This document shows positions 48,563-58,512 of a DNA stretch of 64,000 nucleotides, in pieces (the stretch's first letter is position 1; each line of letters opens with the position of its first letter). The DNA lies in NCBI GenBank assembly GCA_018814885.1, contig JAHIYU010000026.1, positions 30,079 through 94,078 of the forward strand, in the 5' to 3' direction. The DNA is from a bacterium. GTDB lineage: Bacteria; Krumholzibacteriota; Krumholzibacteriia; LZORAL124-64-63. The notes below the pieces were generated by a model. The model worked only from the letters and a program-made list of their open reading frames with translations. It made no database searches and was not told the DNA's origin. A program made the translations under genes and the position numbers.

Positions 48563-49813
48563 ATGCGGGTGATGCTCATCTCCCCCTATCTGCCCCACCG
48601 CCGCGTCGGTCACGGCGGCGGCGTTGCCATCCGCGACATGGTGCGCCACCTCGGACGACGGCACGAGATAACCCTGGTTTCTCTGGAACGCTCCGGCGAC
48701 CGGGGCCTCGCCGCCGAGGTCGGCGCGGAACTCGGCGTGGACGTGCGCACCATTCCCTTCCTCGACGCGGGCGCACGCGGTCTGCCCCGGCTCGGGCTGT
48801 TCGCGGGGCGTGCGGCGGCTCTATGCCGCGGTTTGGCGCAGGGACATCCCTACTACGTCTCCAAGTACTGGTCGCGACGGATTTCAGCCGCCATCCTGGA
48901 AGCGGCAGCCGCCACCGATCCGGATGTTATCCACGTGCAATGCATGCAGCTCACCCTCTACCTGCGCGATCTGCGACGGCTGCGGGACGCCGGGGGTCTG
49001 ACCTCGCGCCTCGTCCTCGGCAGCGACGAAGTGAGTTCGCTGCCCTGGGGCCGCAGGATGTCAGCCACACGGAATCCCCTGCTCCGCAGCATCCTGCGTC
49101 ATCAGTACCGCGCCTGGCGGCATCTCCAGACCGCCGCCACCGACTGGGCCGACATCACCTTCTGCGTGACGGACCAGGACCGGGACCTGCTCCTCGCCGA
49201 CGGCGGGCGCACCTGTCATACGGTGCCCCTGGGCGTGGACATCGAGTCGATCGCGCCAGCATGGGAGCCCACCGAACCGCCCAGGCTGCTGTTCGTGGGC
49301 AGTTTCGCGCACCGCCCGAACCGCACGGCCGCGGGATTTCTGGTTGACAAGGTATGGCCTATCATCTCCAAATACCGTCAGGACATGGAATTGGTGCTCG
49401 TCGGCCGGGGGGCGCGGCGTTTTTTGGCTGCGTCCGGCGGCGGGGATCGGTCCATCACCGCACTGGGCTACGTCGAGGACTTGACGGATCTGTACCGACG
49501 GTGCCGTCTCTTTGTCGCTCCCTTGACCGAGGGCGGCGGCATCAAGATCAAGATCCTCGAGGCGATGGCCCACGGCATACCGGTGGCGACGACGCCAACC
49601 GGCGCCGAGGGCATAACGGACGATGAAGAAGGGGCGATCTGGATCGGTGAAGCCGACGACGCGTTCGCCGACATGATCCTACGCATGTTGGTCGACCACG
49701 ATGAGGCGACCAAGAGAGCCCATAAGGCGCGCACGGTCATCGAGGAACGGTTCGGATGGCCCGCCATCGTACGGAGGATGACCGACTTGTACTCCAGTCC
49801 GGAGAGGGGGTGA
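48563..49813 (+). CDS. Glycosyltransferase family 4
   Basis: GHGGG, VPLGVD, LLFVGSFAHRPN, GYVEDL, GGIKIKILEAMAHGIPVATT. Confidence 0.9.
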   Translation: MRVMLISPYLPHRRVGHGGGVAIRDMVRHLGRRHEITLVSLERSGDRGLAAEVGAELGVDVRTIPFLDAGARGLPRLGLFAGRAAALCRGLAQGHPYYVSKYWSRRISAAILEAAAATDPDVIHVQCMQLTLYLRDLRRLRDAGGLTSRLVLGSDEVSSLPWGRRMSATRNPLLRSILRHQYRAWRHLQTAATDWADITFCVTDQDRDLLLADGGRTCHTVPLGVDIESIAPAWEPTEPPRLLFVGSFAHRPNRTAAGFLVDKVWPIISKYRQDMELVLVGRGARRFLAASGGGDRSITALGYVEDLTDLYRRCRLFVAPLTEGGGIKIKILEAMAHGIPVATTPTGAEGITDDEEGAIWIGEADDAFADMILRMLVDHDEATKRAHKARTVIEERFGWPAIVRRMTDLYSSPERG

Positions 49814-49898
49814 TATCGATCTGATAGGTTGCACGGCCGCATGTCGGCCGCAGAGGATCGATGTGACCTGATCTTGTCTCTTCACGGAGGAGTGGACA

Positions 49899-51110
49899 AT
49901 GTTGAAAAGAATAGCATACCTGATGTTCGCCCTGGCCCTGCTGATCGGCATGGGCGTCACCGCGAACGCCCTGGCCGGGGATACCAGCGGCAGCATGGTC
50001 TACCGCTGGCAGGGCATGAACAACATGGACCAGGACAGCGACCTGGACGATGCGCAGGGTGCCGGCCACATGCGCACCCGCGTGACCTTCGCCGGCGATG
50101 TCGACCACAACGCCTCGTACAACCTCACCGTCGAGAACTACCAGATCTTCGGCGACGCCGGACCCGACGCCAATTCGATCTACCAGGCCACCTTCACCAT
50201 GAAGGATTTCCTCTTCGAGGACTTCGACGTGACCCTCGGCCGCATGCCCGTGGCCTACGGCCGCGAGCGCGTGATCGGCGTCGAGGACTGGGATCTGGCC
50301 ACCAACATCCTCTTCGAGGGCCTGCGTGGACGCTACAGCTTCGAGAGCGGCTGGCTGGACTTCTTCAACTTCAAGCTCATCGAGACCTTCGGCGGCAAGT
50401 ACGTGGATCCTGCCGGCGAGGGCGACACCGACATCATGGGCCTCTACCTGCACTACGACGCCAGCCCCGACTTCTACTTCGAGCCCTATGTGATTACCGC
50501 GACCACCGAGAACTGGGCCGATCCCGACATCGACAACGACAGCATGTTCATGTTCGGCGGCCTCTTCGATTACATCCACGAGGGCATCCACTTCTACGGC
50601 GAGGTGGTGGCCCAGTCCGGCACGATGTACGTCCCGGCGGAAATGGACCAGTCCGCCCTGGGTTACTACGCCGGACTGTTCTACGACTTCGAGAGCGAGG
50701 TCGAGCCGTACATCGGCTTCGAGTACAACTACGCCAGCGGCGACGATATCACGACCGCCGGCAAGGACGAGGGCTTCGGCGCGCCCTTCGGCTCGGTCAG
50801 CGACTTCCTGGGCATCATGAACGTCGTGGACTGGTGCGACGTGACCGCCCTGCGCTTCGCCGGCGGCTTCACTCCCACCGAGGGGCTCACCGCGTCCGCC
50901 GACTTCTTCCTCTTCACCCTGGCAGAGGCCGTCGGCGGCGACGACGCCATCGGCAACGAGATCGACATAATGTTCGACTACCTGCTCAACGACGACGTCG
51001 ACCTGGAGGCGGGACTCGGCATGTTCTCCTACGACGAGAAGAGCACCATGTATGTGAATCCGGGCGACTCCCGGTACTTCGTCTGGGCCGGCGCCAGCCT
51101 GGACTTCTGA
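49899..51110 (+). CDS. Alginate-export (AlgE)-like outer-membrane porin
   Basis: SD GGAGG, signal peptide, LGRMPVAYGRERVIG, FEG.R, YNYASGD, GNEIDIMFDY, terminal aromatic SLDF. Confidence 0.75.
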   Translation: MLKRIAYLMFALALLIGMGVTANALAGDTSGSMVYRWQGMNNMDQDSDLDDAQGAGHMRTRVTFAGDVDHNASYNLTVENYQIFGDAGPDANSIYQATFTMKDFLFEDFDVTLGRMPVAYGRERVIGVEDWDLATNILFEGLRGRYSFESGWLDFFNFKLIETFGGKYVDPAGEGDTDIMGLYLHYDASPDFYFEPYVITATTENWADPDIDNDSMFMFGGLFDYIHEGIHFYGEVVAQSGTMYVPAEMDQSALGYYAGLFYDFESEVEPYIGFEYNYASGDDITTAGKDEGFGAPFGSVSDFLGIMNVVDWCDVTALRFAGGFTPTEGLTASADFFLFTLAEAVGGDDAIGNEIDIMFDYLLNDDVDLEAGLGMFSYDEKSTMYVNPGDSRYFVWAGASLDF

Positions 51111-51125
51111 TCTCCGTCCGAAGAA

Positions 51126-51153
51126 GACGGGGAGGGCCTGCGCCATCCCCGTC
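51126..51153 (+). terminator. Intrinsic terminator after the porin gene
   Basis: GACGGGGA-N12-TCCCCGTC followed by GCTTTTC. Confidence 0.6.
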
Positions 51154-51194
51154 GCTTTTCTCGGCAAGCTAGCCCAGGTCGGGGCCACGGGATA

Positions 51195-51839
51195 TCAGCG
51201 CCGGCGCGCCTCCCTGACGAGTTCCCGCTGCCGCCGGGTCAGACGCACGCCGCCCCCCAGCCGTTTGGCGCCGAGCGCGACCTCGGCCAGGCGCTCCACC
51301 GTTTCCAGCCGCTGGTAGGCTTCGGCGAGGCTCGAGCCGACGGTCACGACGCCGTGGTTGGCCAGCAGCAGGACATCGCGATCCTCGATCCTCCCCCGCA
51401 GGGATGCCGCCAGTTCATCGGTGCCCGGCGTGATGTACGGCAGCAGGGGCACGTCATCGCCCAGGATCAGCAAGGCCTCCGGCAACAGCGAGACCGGCAG
51501 TTCCGTCCGGGCGCAGGCGAAAGCGGTCGCACAGGCGGGATGACCGTGGCAGACGGCCGCCACATCCGTTCGCAAGCGGTAGATCTCGGCATGCATGCGC
51601 CACTCGGAACTGGGTGGCGGCGCCTGGCCGTCGGCGGCCGCGGCGTGCAAATCGAGCTCCACGAGACGGGAAGCGTCGAGTTCGCCCTTGCTGACGCCGG
51701 CCGGTGTGATGAGAAAGCGCCCTGCCGCGATACGCACCGAAAGATTGCCCTCCGTCGCGACCACGTAGCGGCGATCATACAGGAGACGCCCGATCCGGAC
51801 GATCTCGTCGGCGGATCGGGCGTCGGGACCGGGTATCAT
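51195..51839 (-). CDS. Class II aldolase/adducin family protein
   Basis: EGNLSVR, ITPAG, PSSEWRMH, HGH, LLANHGV. Confidence 0.9.
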   Translation of the reverse strand: MIPGPDARSADEIVRIGRLLYDRRYVVATEGNLSVRIAAGRFLITPAGVSKGELDASRLVELDLHAAAADGQAPPPSSEWRMHAEIYRLRTDVAAVCHGHPACATAFACARTELPVSLLPEALLILGDDVPLLPYITPGTDELAASLRGRIEDRDVLLLANHGVVTVGSSLAEAYQRLETVERLAEVALGAKRLGGGVRLTRRQRELVREARRR

Positions 51840-51842
51840 CGC

Positions 51843-53228
51843 CTACCAGTTTGACAGAAGGTAGACGTGACTCATGACGTTCTCGAAAAACGCCAGCTCC
51901 TCGCGCACGTCGTCAGCATAAGCTCTCACCTGCAACACGTTCATGTCCGGATGGTCCTGCGCATACTGATCGTAGGTCTCCTGCCAGATCTGGTCCAGGA
52001 TCTCCGTCGGGAAACCGAGAGAGCTGGTAAGCAGCATCTCGCGGCCCGGGCCTCCCGTGAACAGCGGCGCCTTGTCGTCGGAGCGGCTGAAGAAAGCGAT
52101 CCGCGGATCCAGGCTGCCATCGGCCGGTATGTACCAGATATTCCGCTCGGTCAGGGTGATCGTCGGCACTCTGCGGTCCGAAACGAAAGCGATGATGGTG
52201 CCGTCGGCGGAGTACGCGGGCTCCTGGTTGCGCACCACGAAGCTGCTGCCCTCTGCGGGTGGCGAAAAAGTCAGGCGTTCCAGGTTCCTGTTCAGCTCGA
52301 CCGCGCCGTTCTCGGCGTAACCCGTCGTATCGAAATCGACCGTGAAGATTTCCTGTGTGTAATAGCCCTCGTGCGCGCCCGAGAGATCCAGGGAGGCGTA
52401 GAAAACCAATTTTCTGCTGTCCGGCGACCAGGCCGGCCCGTCGCAGAGCGAAGCCTCGGTCGTCACCGGGAAGACGATACTGGTCAAGCTGCCGTAAGCG
52501 GGTACGGCACAGACCCATATACTCTGGCGCGTGGATTGATGCAACGAATCGGCGTCCGTATGCCCATAGCGGCTGAAGGCGATCCAGCGCCCGTTCGGCG
52601 AGACGCGGGGCGAGAGATGCTCCCAGAACATCCAGTTGAGCTCCAGGTCGTCGTCGGGTTCCCGGTAGATGAGCTTGGCGTCGGTGGCGTCGCCGTTCTG
52701 GAATCCGGGTCCGATCGGCGTTCTGAAGAGTCTGGCGCCGCGCGAGGTCTGCATCCAGAACACCAGATTGTCGTCATCCAGCCAGCGAGGCGTTCCCTTC
52801 TGCCAGTCCACGTTGGGTCTCATGCGCTCCTGAGTGTTTCCCGATCTGAACTGAAGATCGTTCAGATCGACTAGGGACGCGCCCTGGGAGGCCAACGAGG
52901 GCTGGGCGCCGAAGCGGGGTTCCAGGTCGATGATGGCCATCTGCCGGATGAGGGGGGGGACGTCGGGCAGGATCCCCGAAGGAGGTAGAGCCGGCCAATC
53001 CAGGGTGAACGCGACCCTGGTGCCGTCGGGCGAGAGATCGGGATCCTGGTACTTGTAGCCGCTGGATGCGGTATCCGCCGTCACCATGTTCAGATCGCCC
53101 GCGGTGTGGTTTCCGCTCATATTCAGTGTCTCTGACGTCTGCGGCCGCGTCGAGCAGCCGACGAGCGCCAGCAAGACGACCGCAAGCCCCGTCACTACCA
53201 GGGTTCGATGATCCGAGTGTCTCTTCAA
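51843..53228 (-). CDS. Lipoprotein with TolB/PD40-like beta-propeller repeats
   Basis: Lipobox LVG-C; repeats PDLSPDGTRVAF, PRVSPNGRWIAF, PAWSPDSRKLVF, PAYSADGTIIAFVS. Confidence 0.78.
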   Translation of the reverse strand: MKRHSDHRTLVVTGLAVVLLALVGCSTRPQTSETLNMSGNHTAGDLNMVTADTASSGYKYQDPDLSPDGTRVAFTLDWPALPPSGILPDVPPLIRQMAIIDLEPRFGAQPSLASQGASLVDLNDLQFRSGNTQERMRPNVDWQKGTPRWLDDDNLVFWMQTSRGARLFRTPIGPGFQNGDATDAKLIYREPDDDLELNWMFWEHLSPRVSPNGRWIAFSRYGHTDADSLHQSTRQSIWVCAVPAYGSLTSIVFPVTTEASLCDGPAWSPDSRKLVFYASLDLSGAHEGYYTQEIFTVDFDTTGYAENGAVELNRNLERLTFSPPAEGSSFVVRNQEPAYSADGTIIAFVSDRRVPTITLTERNIWYIPADGSLDPRIAFFSRSDDKAPLFTGGPGREMLLTSSLGFPTEILDQIWQETYDQYAQDHPDMNVLQVRAYADDVREELAFFENVMSHVYLLSNW

Positions 53229-53412
53229 AATCTCGACCTCCGGTGCGCGAGACGGACAGGCCCGTCACACAGCGAGAGCCCGCGGTCACCGCGAAGGGCG
53301 CATGGCCTGACAAATTCCGAGCTCGATTAAAATAAGGCCACTTGCCCCCCGAAATCAACCGGGAGTTCGTGCGAGGGTGCTCGTCCCGCACGAGCGGACG
53401 CGCAAGGACCTG

Positions 53413-54312
53413 TCACCGAAACGCCACCGTGGCACGTACCCAGGACCATACGGGGTATTTGCCGAGACGGCCAGGGGCGAACTCGGCCTGTCTCATGGCG
53501 CTGACCGCAGCCTCGCCGAGGCGGCGGTCCGGGCTGGAGGCCACCGAGACCTGCGAGACCCGGCCGGTCGGCCCTACGAGCAGATCCAGGACCACCTCGC
53601 CGGAGATCCCGTCACGAGCGGCGGCGGCGGGATATTCCGGTTCGACACCTCCGGTCTGCGCCGCGGGATGGGGATTCAAGCCCTGATAGCGGACCAGTAC
53701 CGCAGTACTGGACGCGAGCGTACACTTGCCCAGACCTTGCTCGACCAGGGCGGCAGCGGCGGGCATGTCCCCTCGCGCACGCGCCGCGTCCGCGAGCAGG
53801 AAATCCACGACGCTGTCGTCGGGCCTCAGAGACGCGGCCACGCGCAACACCTTCTCGGCCCGCGCCAGCAGACGCGGGCGGTCGACGTCCCAATCACCGG
53901 TTATCGCCCCCGGCCCCTCGCGCGGCTCGATCGACGGTTCCCCCTGTCCCGCCAGCACATACAATTGGCCTAGCGTCAGCCATGCCAGGCCCTCCCCGCG
54001 CCCCTGCCCGGACAGGTAGAGCTCGAGTTCGATCACCGCATCTCCCCCCTCGCCCACGAGGAACAAGGCGTGGGCTGTGGACAGGACCTCGAGCGCGTCG
54101 CGGCAAGGCACGGCCTGGTCGGCCCCGACGCAACGGCTCAGTTCGTGCGGTCGCCAGGGGCCGTCGGGAGGAACCATCTCGCGCAGCACGACGTCGCCGC
54201 TGCCCCGACCCGGGACGGACTGTCGCGCCGCGCACCCGTCGAGCAGACAGAGAGGGGCCGGGAACAGGAACGCCGACAATGCGCACAGGCGGAGGATCCC
54301 GCTGGATCGCAT
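53413..54312 (-). CDS. TonB C-terminal-domain lipoprotein with TPR-like region
   Basis: Lipobox LDG-C, helical TPR-like middle, then PEYPAAAARDGISGEVVLDLLVGPTGRV..F.PG TonB_C. Confidence 0.75.
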   Translation of the reverse strand: MRSSGILRLCALSAFLFPAPLCLLDGCAARQSVPGRGSGDVVLREMVPPDGPWRPHELSRCVGADQAVPCRDALEVLSTAHALFLVGEGGDAVIELELYLSGQGRGEGLAWLTLGQLYVLAGQGEPSIEPREGPGAITGDWDVDRPRLLARAEKVLRVAASLRPDDSVVDFLLADAARARGDMPAAAALVEQGLGKCTLASSTAVLVRYQGLNPHPAAQTGGVEPEYPAAAARDGISGEVVLDLLVGPTGRVSQVSVASSPDRRLGEAAVSAMRQAEFAPGRLGKYPVWSWVRATVAFR

Positions 54313-54337
54313 CCCGCACCTCCTGGCAAGTCGATGA

Positions 54338-55393
54338 TCAAGGGCTGTCGCTCGGGGCGCCGGCGCGAGCAGGGTCGAGCGCGATCAGCAGTTCCCAGTC
54401 GCGGTCCGCCTCGCGCGTTCGCCCCAGCCGACGCAACACTAGAATGCGGTTGTTGAGGTATCCCGCATGGCGGGGGTCGAGTTCGATGGCCCTGTCTATC
54501 AGGACGAGGGCCTCCACGTCCTTGCCGGCATCTATGCAGATCAAGGCGGCCTGTGACCAGAGATCCGGGTCGGTCGACAGTCCCGCCCCGGCGCCGAGGG
54601 ACAGGGCGAGCGATACCGCATGGTCCGTCCGTCCGAGCGAGCGATCCGCCTCCAGGATAATCCTCATGTCCCGATCGCCGAGACCGTCGTGCCAGGTATG
54701 CGCCAGCAGCGCCAAGGCCCCCGGAGCCTGATCGTTTCGTAGTCGCGCCAGGGCCAGCAGCGAGCGGATCTCCTGATCGTCCGGCCGGAGCTCATGCAGG
54801 TGCTCGAGATGGGGCAGCGCACCGGTGTAGTCCTCTTGCTCCAGACACAAACGGCTCCACGCCCGGTGCACTTCCGGACAGTCGGGACAGATGGCCGCGG
54901 CCTCGGTGAAGGCCCTCTCCGCCAGGATATCCTGGCCGTAGACCATCAGGACGTTGCCGTATTCGAGCAGATAGACCCAGTTGCGGGAATCCAGCTCGCA
55001 GGCCTCGCGGTACTCGGAGAGCGCGCGCCCGGGCCTCTCCATCTCGACCATCAAGGTGGCCAGGTTGCGATGATTGACCGCCTCCGTCTGAGCCCAGAGG
55101 ACGGCCTGCTCGAGATGGGTCAGCGCCTCGTCATAGCGCCCCAGCTTCTGCAGCGCCAGACCGGCCCGCTGGTGCAAGGGCCACCGCTGATGCTGGAAAA
55201 GCCGGTTGTCCGCCAGCAGCGCGATCGCCGAAGCCGCCGCATCCTGATAATGGCCCGCTGACATCAGAGAGTCGGCCGCGGCGATCGTGCGCTGAAATGC
55301 GCGCTGGGGATCGTAATCGTCCGGAGAAGGGCCTGCGAGAGCGGCGACCGCCACGAACGAGGCGATGGACATCGTGAAGATCCTGATGGTCAT
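54338..55393 (-). CDS. Secreted tetratricopeptide repeat protein
   Basis: Signal peptide and repeated TPR patterns (AGLALQKLGRYDEAL, NLATLMVEMERPGRAL, YLNNRILVLRRLG). Confidence 0.75.
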   Translation of the reverse strand: MTIRIFTMSIASFVAVAALAGPSPDDYDPQRAFQRTIAAADSLMSAGHYQDAAASAIALLADNRLFQHQRWPLHQRAGLALQKLGRYDEALTHLEQAVLWAQTEAVNHRNLATLMVEMERPGRALSEYREACELDSRNWVYLLEYGNVLMVYGQDILAERAFTEAAAICPDCPEVHRAWSRLCLEQEDYTGALPHLEHLHELRPDDQEIRSLLALARLRNDQAPGALALLAHTWHDGLGDRDMRIILEADRSLGRTDHAVSLALSLGAGAGLSTDPDLWSQAALICIDAGKDVEALVLIDRAIELDPRHAGYLNNRILVLRRLGRTREADRDWELLIALDPARAGAPSDSP

Positions 55394-55533
55394 ACCCCAC
55401 CCCGGCACGCAAACCACGGGCCTCGATCACAGATCGATGCGCCACCCGGCGCACCCTCTCAGGTTAAGGGCCCCGCGACGTCCGGGCAAGGTTTCAACGT
55501 CCGCATGACCGAGTCAAGTTCTTCAATAGCCTG

Positions 55534-55653
55534 CTAGGCCAGGGCGGCGGCCACGTACGCGGCGGAAATGGCGACGACGACGATAACGAATATCACGAAC
55601 TTGGCCGTCAGCCCCATACCGCATCGATCAGGCAAGCGCCACGATCCGCTCAT
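55534..55653 (-). CDS. Small membrane protein (39 aa), below the ORF-track cutoff
   Basis: SD GGAGGTG 6 nt before ATG; MSGSWRLPDRCGMGLTAKFVIFVIVVVAISAAYVAAALA with one hydrophobic helix. Confidence 0.55.
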   Translation of the reverse strand: MSGSWRLPDRCGMGLTAKFVIFVIVVVAISAAYVAAALA

Positions 55654-55715
55654 CGCTTTCACCTCCGCGATCCCACATGTGCGACCGACACACGGTGCGC
55701 GTCACCACATCCGCT

Positions 55716-55741
55716 GCGGCCCCCACCGGAGCGGGGGCCGC
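55716..55741. terminator. GC-rich hairpin downstream of the HExxH gene
   Basis: GCGGCCCCC-N8-GGGGGCCGC, 9-bp stem without a clear U tract. Confidence 0.4.
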
Positions 55742-55783
55742 GCTCGCAGTCATCCCCTGAGCCTGCGACGGAAGATCATCACC

Positions 55784-56836
55784 TCATTTGACCAGGGTCA
55801 CCGCGCCCCGTCCCCGCAAGTCGCGCCAACCCGCCACGTACAAGTACCGGCCGCTGGGCGCCCGGTTGCCCGCATCGTCCCGGCCGTCCCAGGTCAACAG
55901 CAAGCGGTCGTTGCTGAAAACGCCGCCCGCGACCGTGCAGACGCATCGGCCCCGCATGTCGAAGACCTCGAGCGTCGCGGTCGACGCATCCCGCTGCATC
56001 CCGTCGGATATCGCCGTCATCTCGATGGTAGTCCTCGGGTTGCAGGGATTGGGAAAAGCGCTGCAGACCGGCATCATGCACGAGACGGGACGCCCTTGCA
56101 TGGCTGCGGCCAGGAAACCGGAGAGACCGACGACTTCATCCGGCAGCGCCAGTCGTGCATTCTCGATGGCACCATAGACGTTGGCCGAGCCGCCGCCGAA
56201 GAGATAGCGAATGTCTTCGGCGAGGATCTCGCGCGCACGATCGGCGTGTCTCGCCCCCGGACCGTTGCGTCCGCGGTCCAGCCCACGCATGGACATGTAG
56301 GCGTCCCACAGTTCCGCTCTGGGATCGAAATACACCCAGGTCAGGACGTGACCCAATTCGTGAACCGCGACCGAGGCCACGGCGCTGTCGTCGATATCCC
56401 CGAACGACGGCGCCAGCAGGATGGCGTCGCGGCGGGCAAAGCTGCTCGACGTGAGCACCGGCGGCGCCGGCAGCAGGAAGACATCCACTTCCACGTCGAT
56501 GTCCAGCGCATGTACGTCGCTCAAGGCACGGATCACCACATCCGCGGGCAGAGGTCGGAATTCGACGACATCCTGGCGGGGGAAGCGGGGATCGTCCGGC
56601 CCCCGGTACAATTCGACATCGCCGAGACCGGGATAGCGCAACAGCAGGGCGCCGTTTTCCCTGACCAGGCAGTCGGCCAGGTCGTCGCCGGAATGTACGC
56701 GAGCCGTGACGCCGTTGTCGGCCTCGATCGTCAGGCACGCAACGGCGGCAGACGTCCACGGGCCCGCGCCCAGCGTCGTCAGGATCAGCGACCAGATGAA
56801 CATTCCGCGTAACGATCGACCAGGATGCGCCATCAT
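55784..56836 (-). CDS. Secreted zincin-like (HExxH) protein with FlgD/T9SS-like CTD
   Basis: Signal peptide, AVHELGHVL, EILAED, then FPNPCNPRTTI..FDMRGR..WDGRDDAGNRAPSGRYLY. Confidence 0.72.
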   Translation of the reverse strand: MMAHPGRSLRGMFIWSLILTTLGAGPWTSAAVACLTIEADNGVTARVHSGDDLADCLVRENGALLLRYPGLGDVELYRGPDDPRFPRQDVVEFRPLPADVVIRALSDVHALDIDVEVDVFLLPAPPVLTSSSFARRDAILLAPSFGDIDDSAVASVAVHELGHVLTWVYFDPRAELWDAYMSMRGLDRGRNGPGARHADRAREILAEDIRYLFGGGSANVYGAIENARLALPDEVVGLSGFLAAAMQGRPVSCMMPVCSAFPNPCNPRTTIEMTAISDGMQRDASTATLEVFDMRGRCVCTVAGGVFSNDRLLLTWDGRDDAGNRAPSGRYLYVAGWRDLRGRGAVTLVK

Positions 56837-57120
56837 GGACCCTCGTGGTGATCTGCCCCCCCCTCAGGGACATGGCTCGTGCGTCGAACACAGGAACCGC
56901 AGGTAACGTGCCTCGGCGCGCGAAGGGTCGCCATCTGTTCGAGATTCCGTGCCTTGATCGTCCAATTAGATGCTATACAAAAAGTTGGAGCGACGGTCGT
57001 ATTGCCCGTCGACACCCCGACGCTGTGCATGCGAACACCGGGTGGGAGATACCCGTCAAGCCAGAAGGGGAAAATCGCGCAGGTGCGGAAAAGCAGGCGG
57101 CAGGGTCGGGGTCGGTTCCA

Positions 57121-58512
57121 TCAACTCGCCCTGGACCCGAAGCGGCTGCCCAGGACCGCTCCCGAGCCGAAACAATAGACCGTCAGATGCACGGCCAGGC
57201 TGACGAGTTCGAAGAGGCGCCCGAAGGGCTTGAATCCGGCCAGGCCACCGAAGAGCGTGCCCAGAATGCCGGGCAGGAGGATGATCAGCAGACCGACCAG
57301 CAGGGTCCACCACGCCGCCCTGTCACCCGAACAGAAGCGTTGACAGAGGCGCGCTCCGAGCACCCGGGCGACCACGCCGATCGAGATGATGCCCAGCAGG
57401 AGATAGGCGATCCCGAGCAGTGCGGCTACCGGTATGCCGATCACGGTCAGGATCAACAAGGCCAGCGCCAGCAGTAGCAGCATGTGCCCGATGGTCGCCC
57501 AGAGCAGGCCCGCGGCGAAGGAGCGGCCGGCGGTCCGGGTCAGATAGCGCTCGGTGGCGTCCAGCCTGCCGTGCGGCAGCAAGGCGAAAACGAGCAGGAT
57601 GAGCAGACCGAGCACCAGCAGCCCGCTCAACTTGATGATCACTCCGGTGAAACCGTAGGCCAGATCGGGCAGACCGACGATATCTCCCGCGAGGCCCTCC
57701 CCGCCTATGGACACGACCGTGCCGCCCACCGTGGCGTCGTCGTGTCGACGGAGCGATCCGAAAAGGGATACGACGTCGCCGTGAACGTGCGCGTCCTCGC
57801 CAAGGTTCAACGCGCCACCGATGACCACGACGTTGTCATCGACCGTGCCCATGATCGTCGCATCGCCCAGCAGGACGACCACGCTGCCGGCGACGCGCTC
57901 TCCGGCCGCCACCACCACATCATCGCCGGTACTGAAGATCTCGTCGCCGATGATCTTGAGCTTCGGTTCGCAGTGCTCATCCTCGTCCAGGATGTCGATA
58001 CGCCACGATTCGGCCGTCCGCTGGAAATCCTGCAGCCCTCGCTCGATGTCCAGCGTATCCGGCAGTTCGGACAGGATGGTGGCCGTGATGGCGCTGAGTC
58101 CCTGGCTGACCCGCTCGCCCCAGTTCGCGGGTATGTCGATGCGCAACTCCCCGTCCGGGCTGGAGAACTTGAGCATCTCGTCATCGATGGTGATGTCGAT
58201 GTCGCGCAGCTGCTCCTCGAGTTCCTGGAAGACCTGGCCCAGGTCCTCAATGGCTTCGGTGAACTCTTCCTCGTGCTGGATGGAGAGGGAGTCCCTGAGC
58301 TCGCCGATGCGGAGCAGCCGTCGTTCGATGGAGTGTCGCAGGGAGTCTCCACGAGAGGAGGCGGTTTCGTCGGCGGCAGAGGCCGGGGCCGCGAGCGACA
58401 GAAGCGCCGACAGCAGCAAAAGGAGGCCCAGCGTGGAGGTCGAGCCCACACGCCGGTGGCGGAACGGGGTCCGCCGGCTAGCGAGTTGAAGGATGATGCA
58501 TGACACCGGCAT
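57121..58512 (-). CDS. Membrane protein with bactofilin-like (polymer-forming) beta repeats and C-terminal TM bundle
   Basis: GSVVVLLGDATIMGTVDDNVVVIGGALNLGEDAHVHGDVVSLFG repeats, followed by about 5 TM helices. Start uncertain. Confidence 0.7.
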   Translation of the reverse strand: MPVSCIILQLASRRTPFRHRRVGSTSTLGLLLLLSALLSLAAPASAADETASSRGDSLRHSIERRLLRIGELRDSLSIQHEEEFTEAIEDLGQVFQELEEQLRDIDITIDDEMLKFSSPDGELRIDIPANWGERVSQGLSAITATILSELPDTLDIERGLQDFQRTAESWRIDILDEDEHCEPKLKIIGDEIFSTGDDVVVAAGERVAGSVVVLLGDATIMGTVDDNVVVIGGALNLGEDAHVHGDVVSLFGSLRRHDDATVGGTVVSIGGEGLAGDIVGLPDLAYGFTGVIIKLSGLLVLGLLILLVFALLPHGRLDATERYLTRTAGRSFAAGLLWATIGHMLLLLALALLILTVIGIPVAALLGIAYLLLGIISIGVVARVLGARLCQRFCSGDRAAWWTLLVGLLIILLPGILGTLFGGLAGFKPFGRLFELVSLAVHLTVYCFGSGAVLGSRFGSRAS

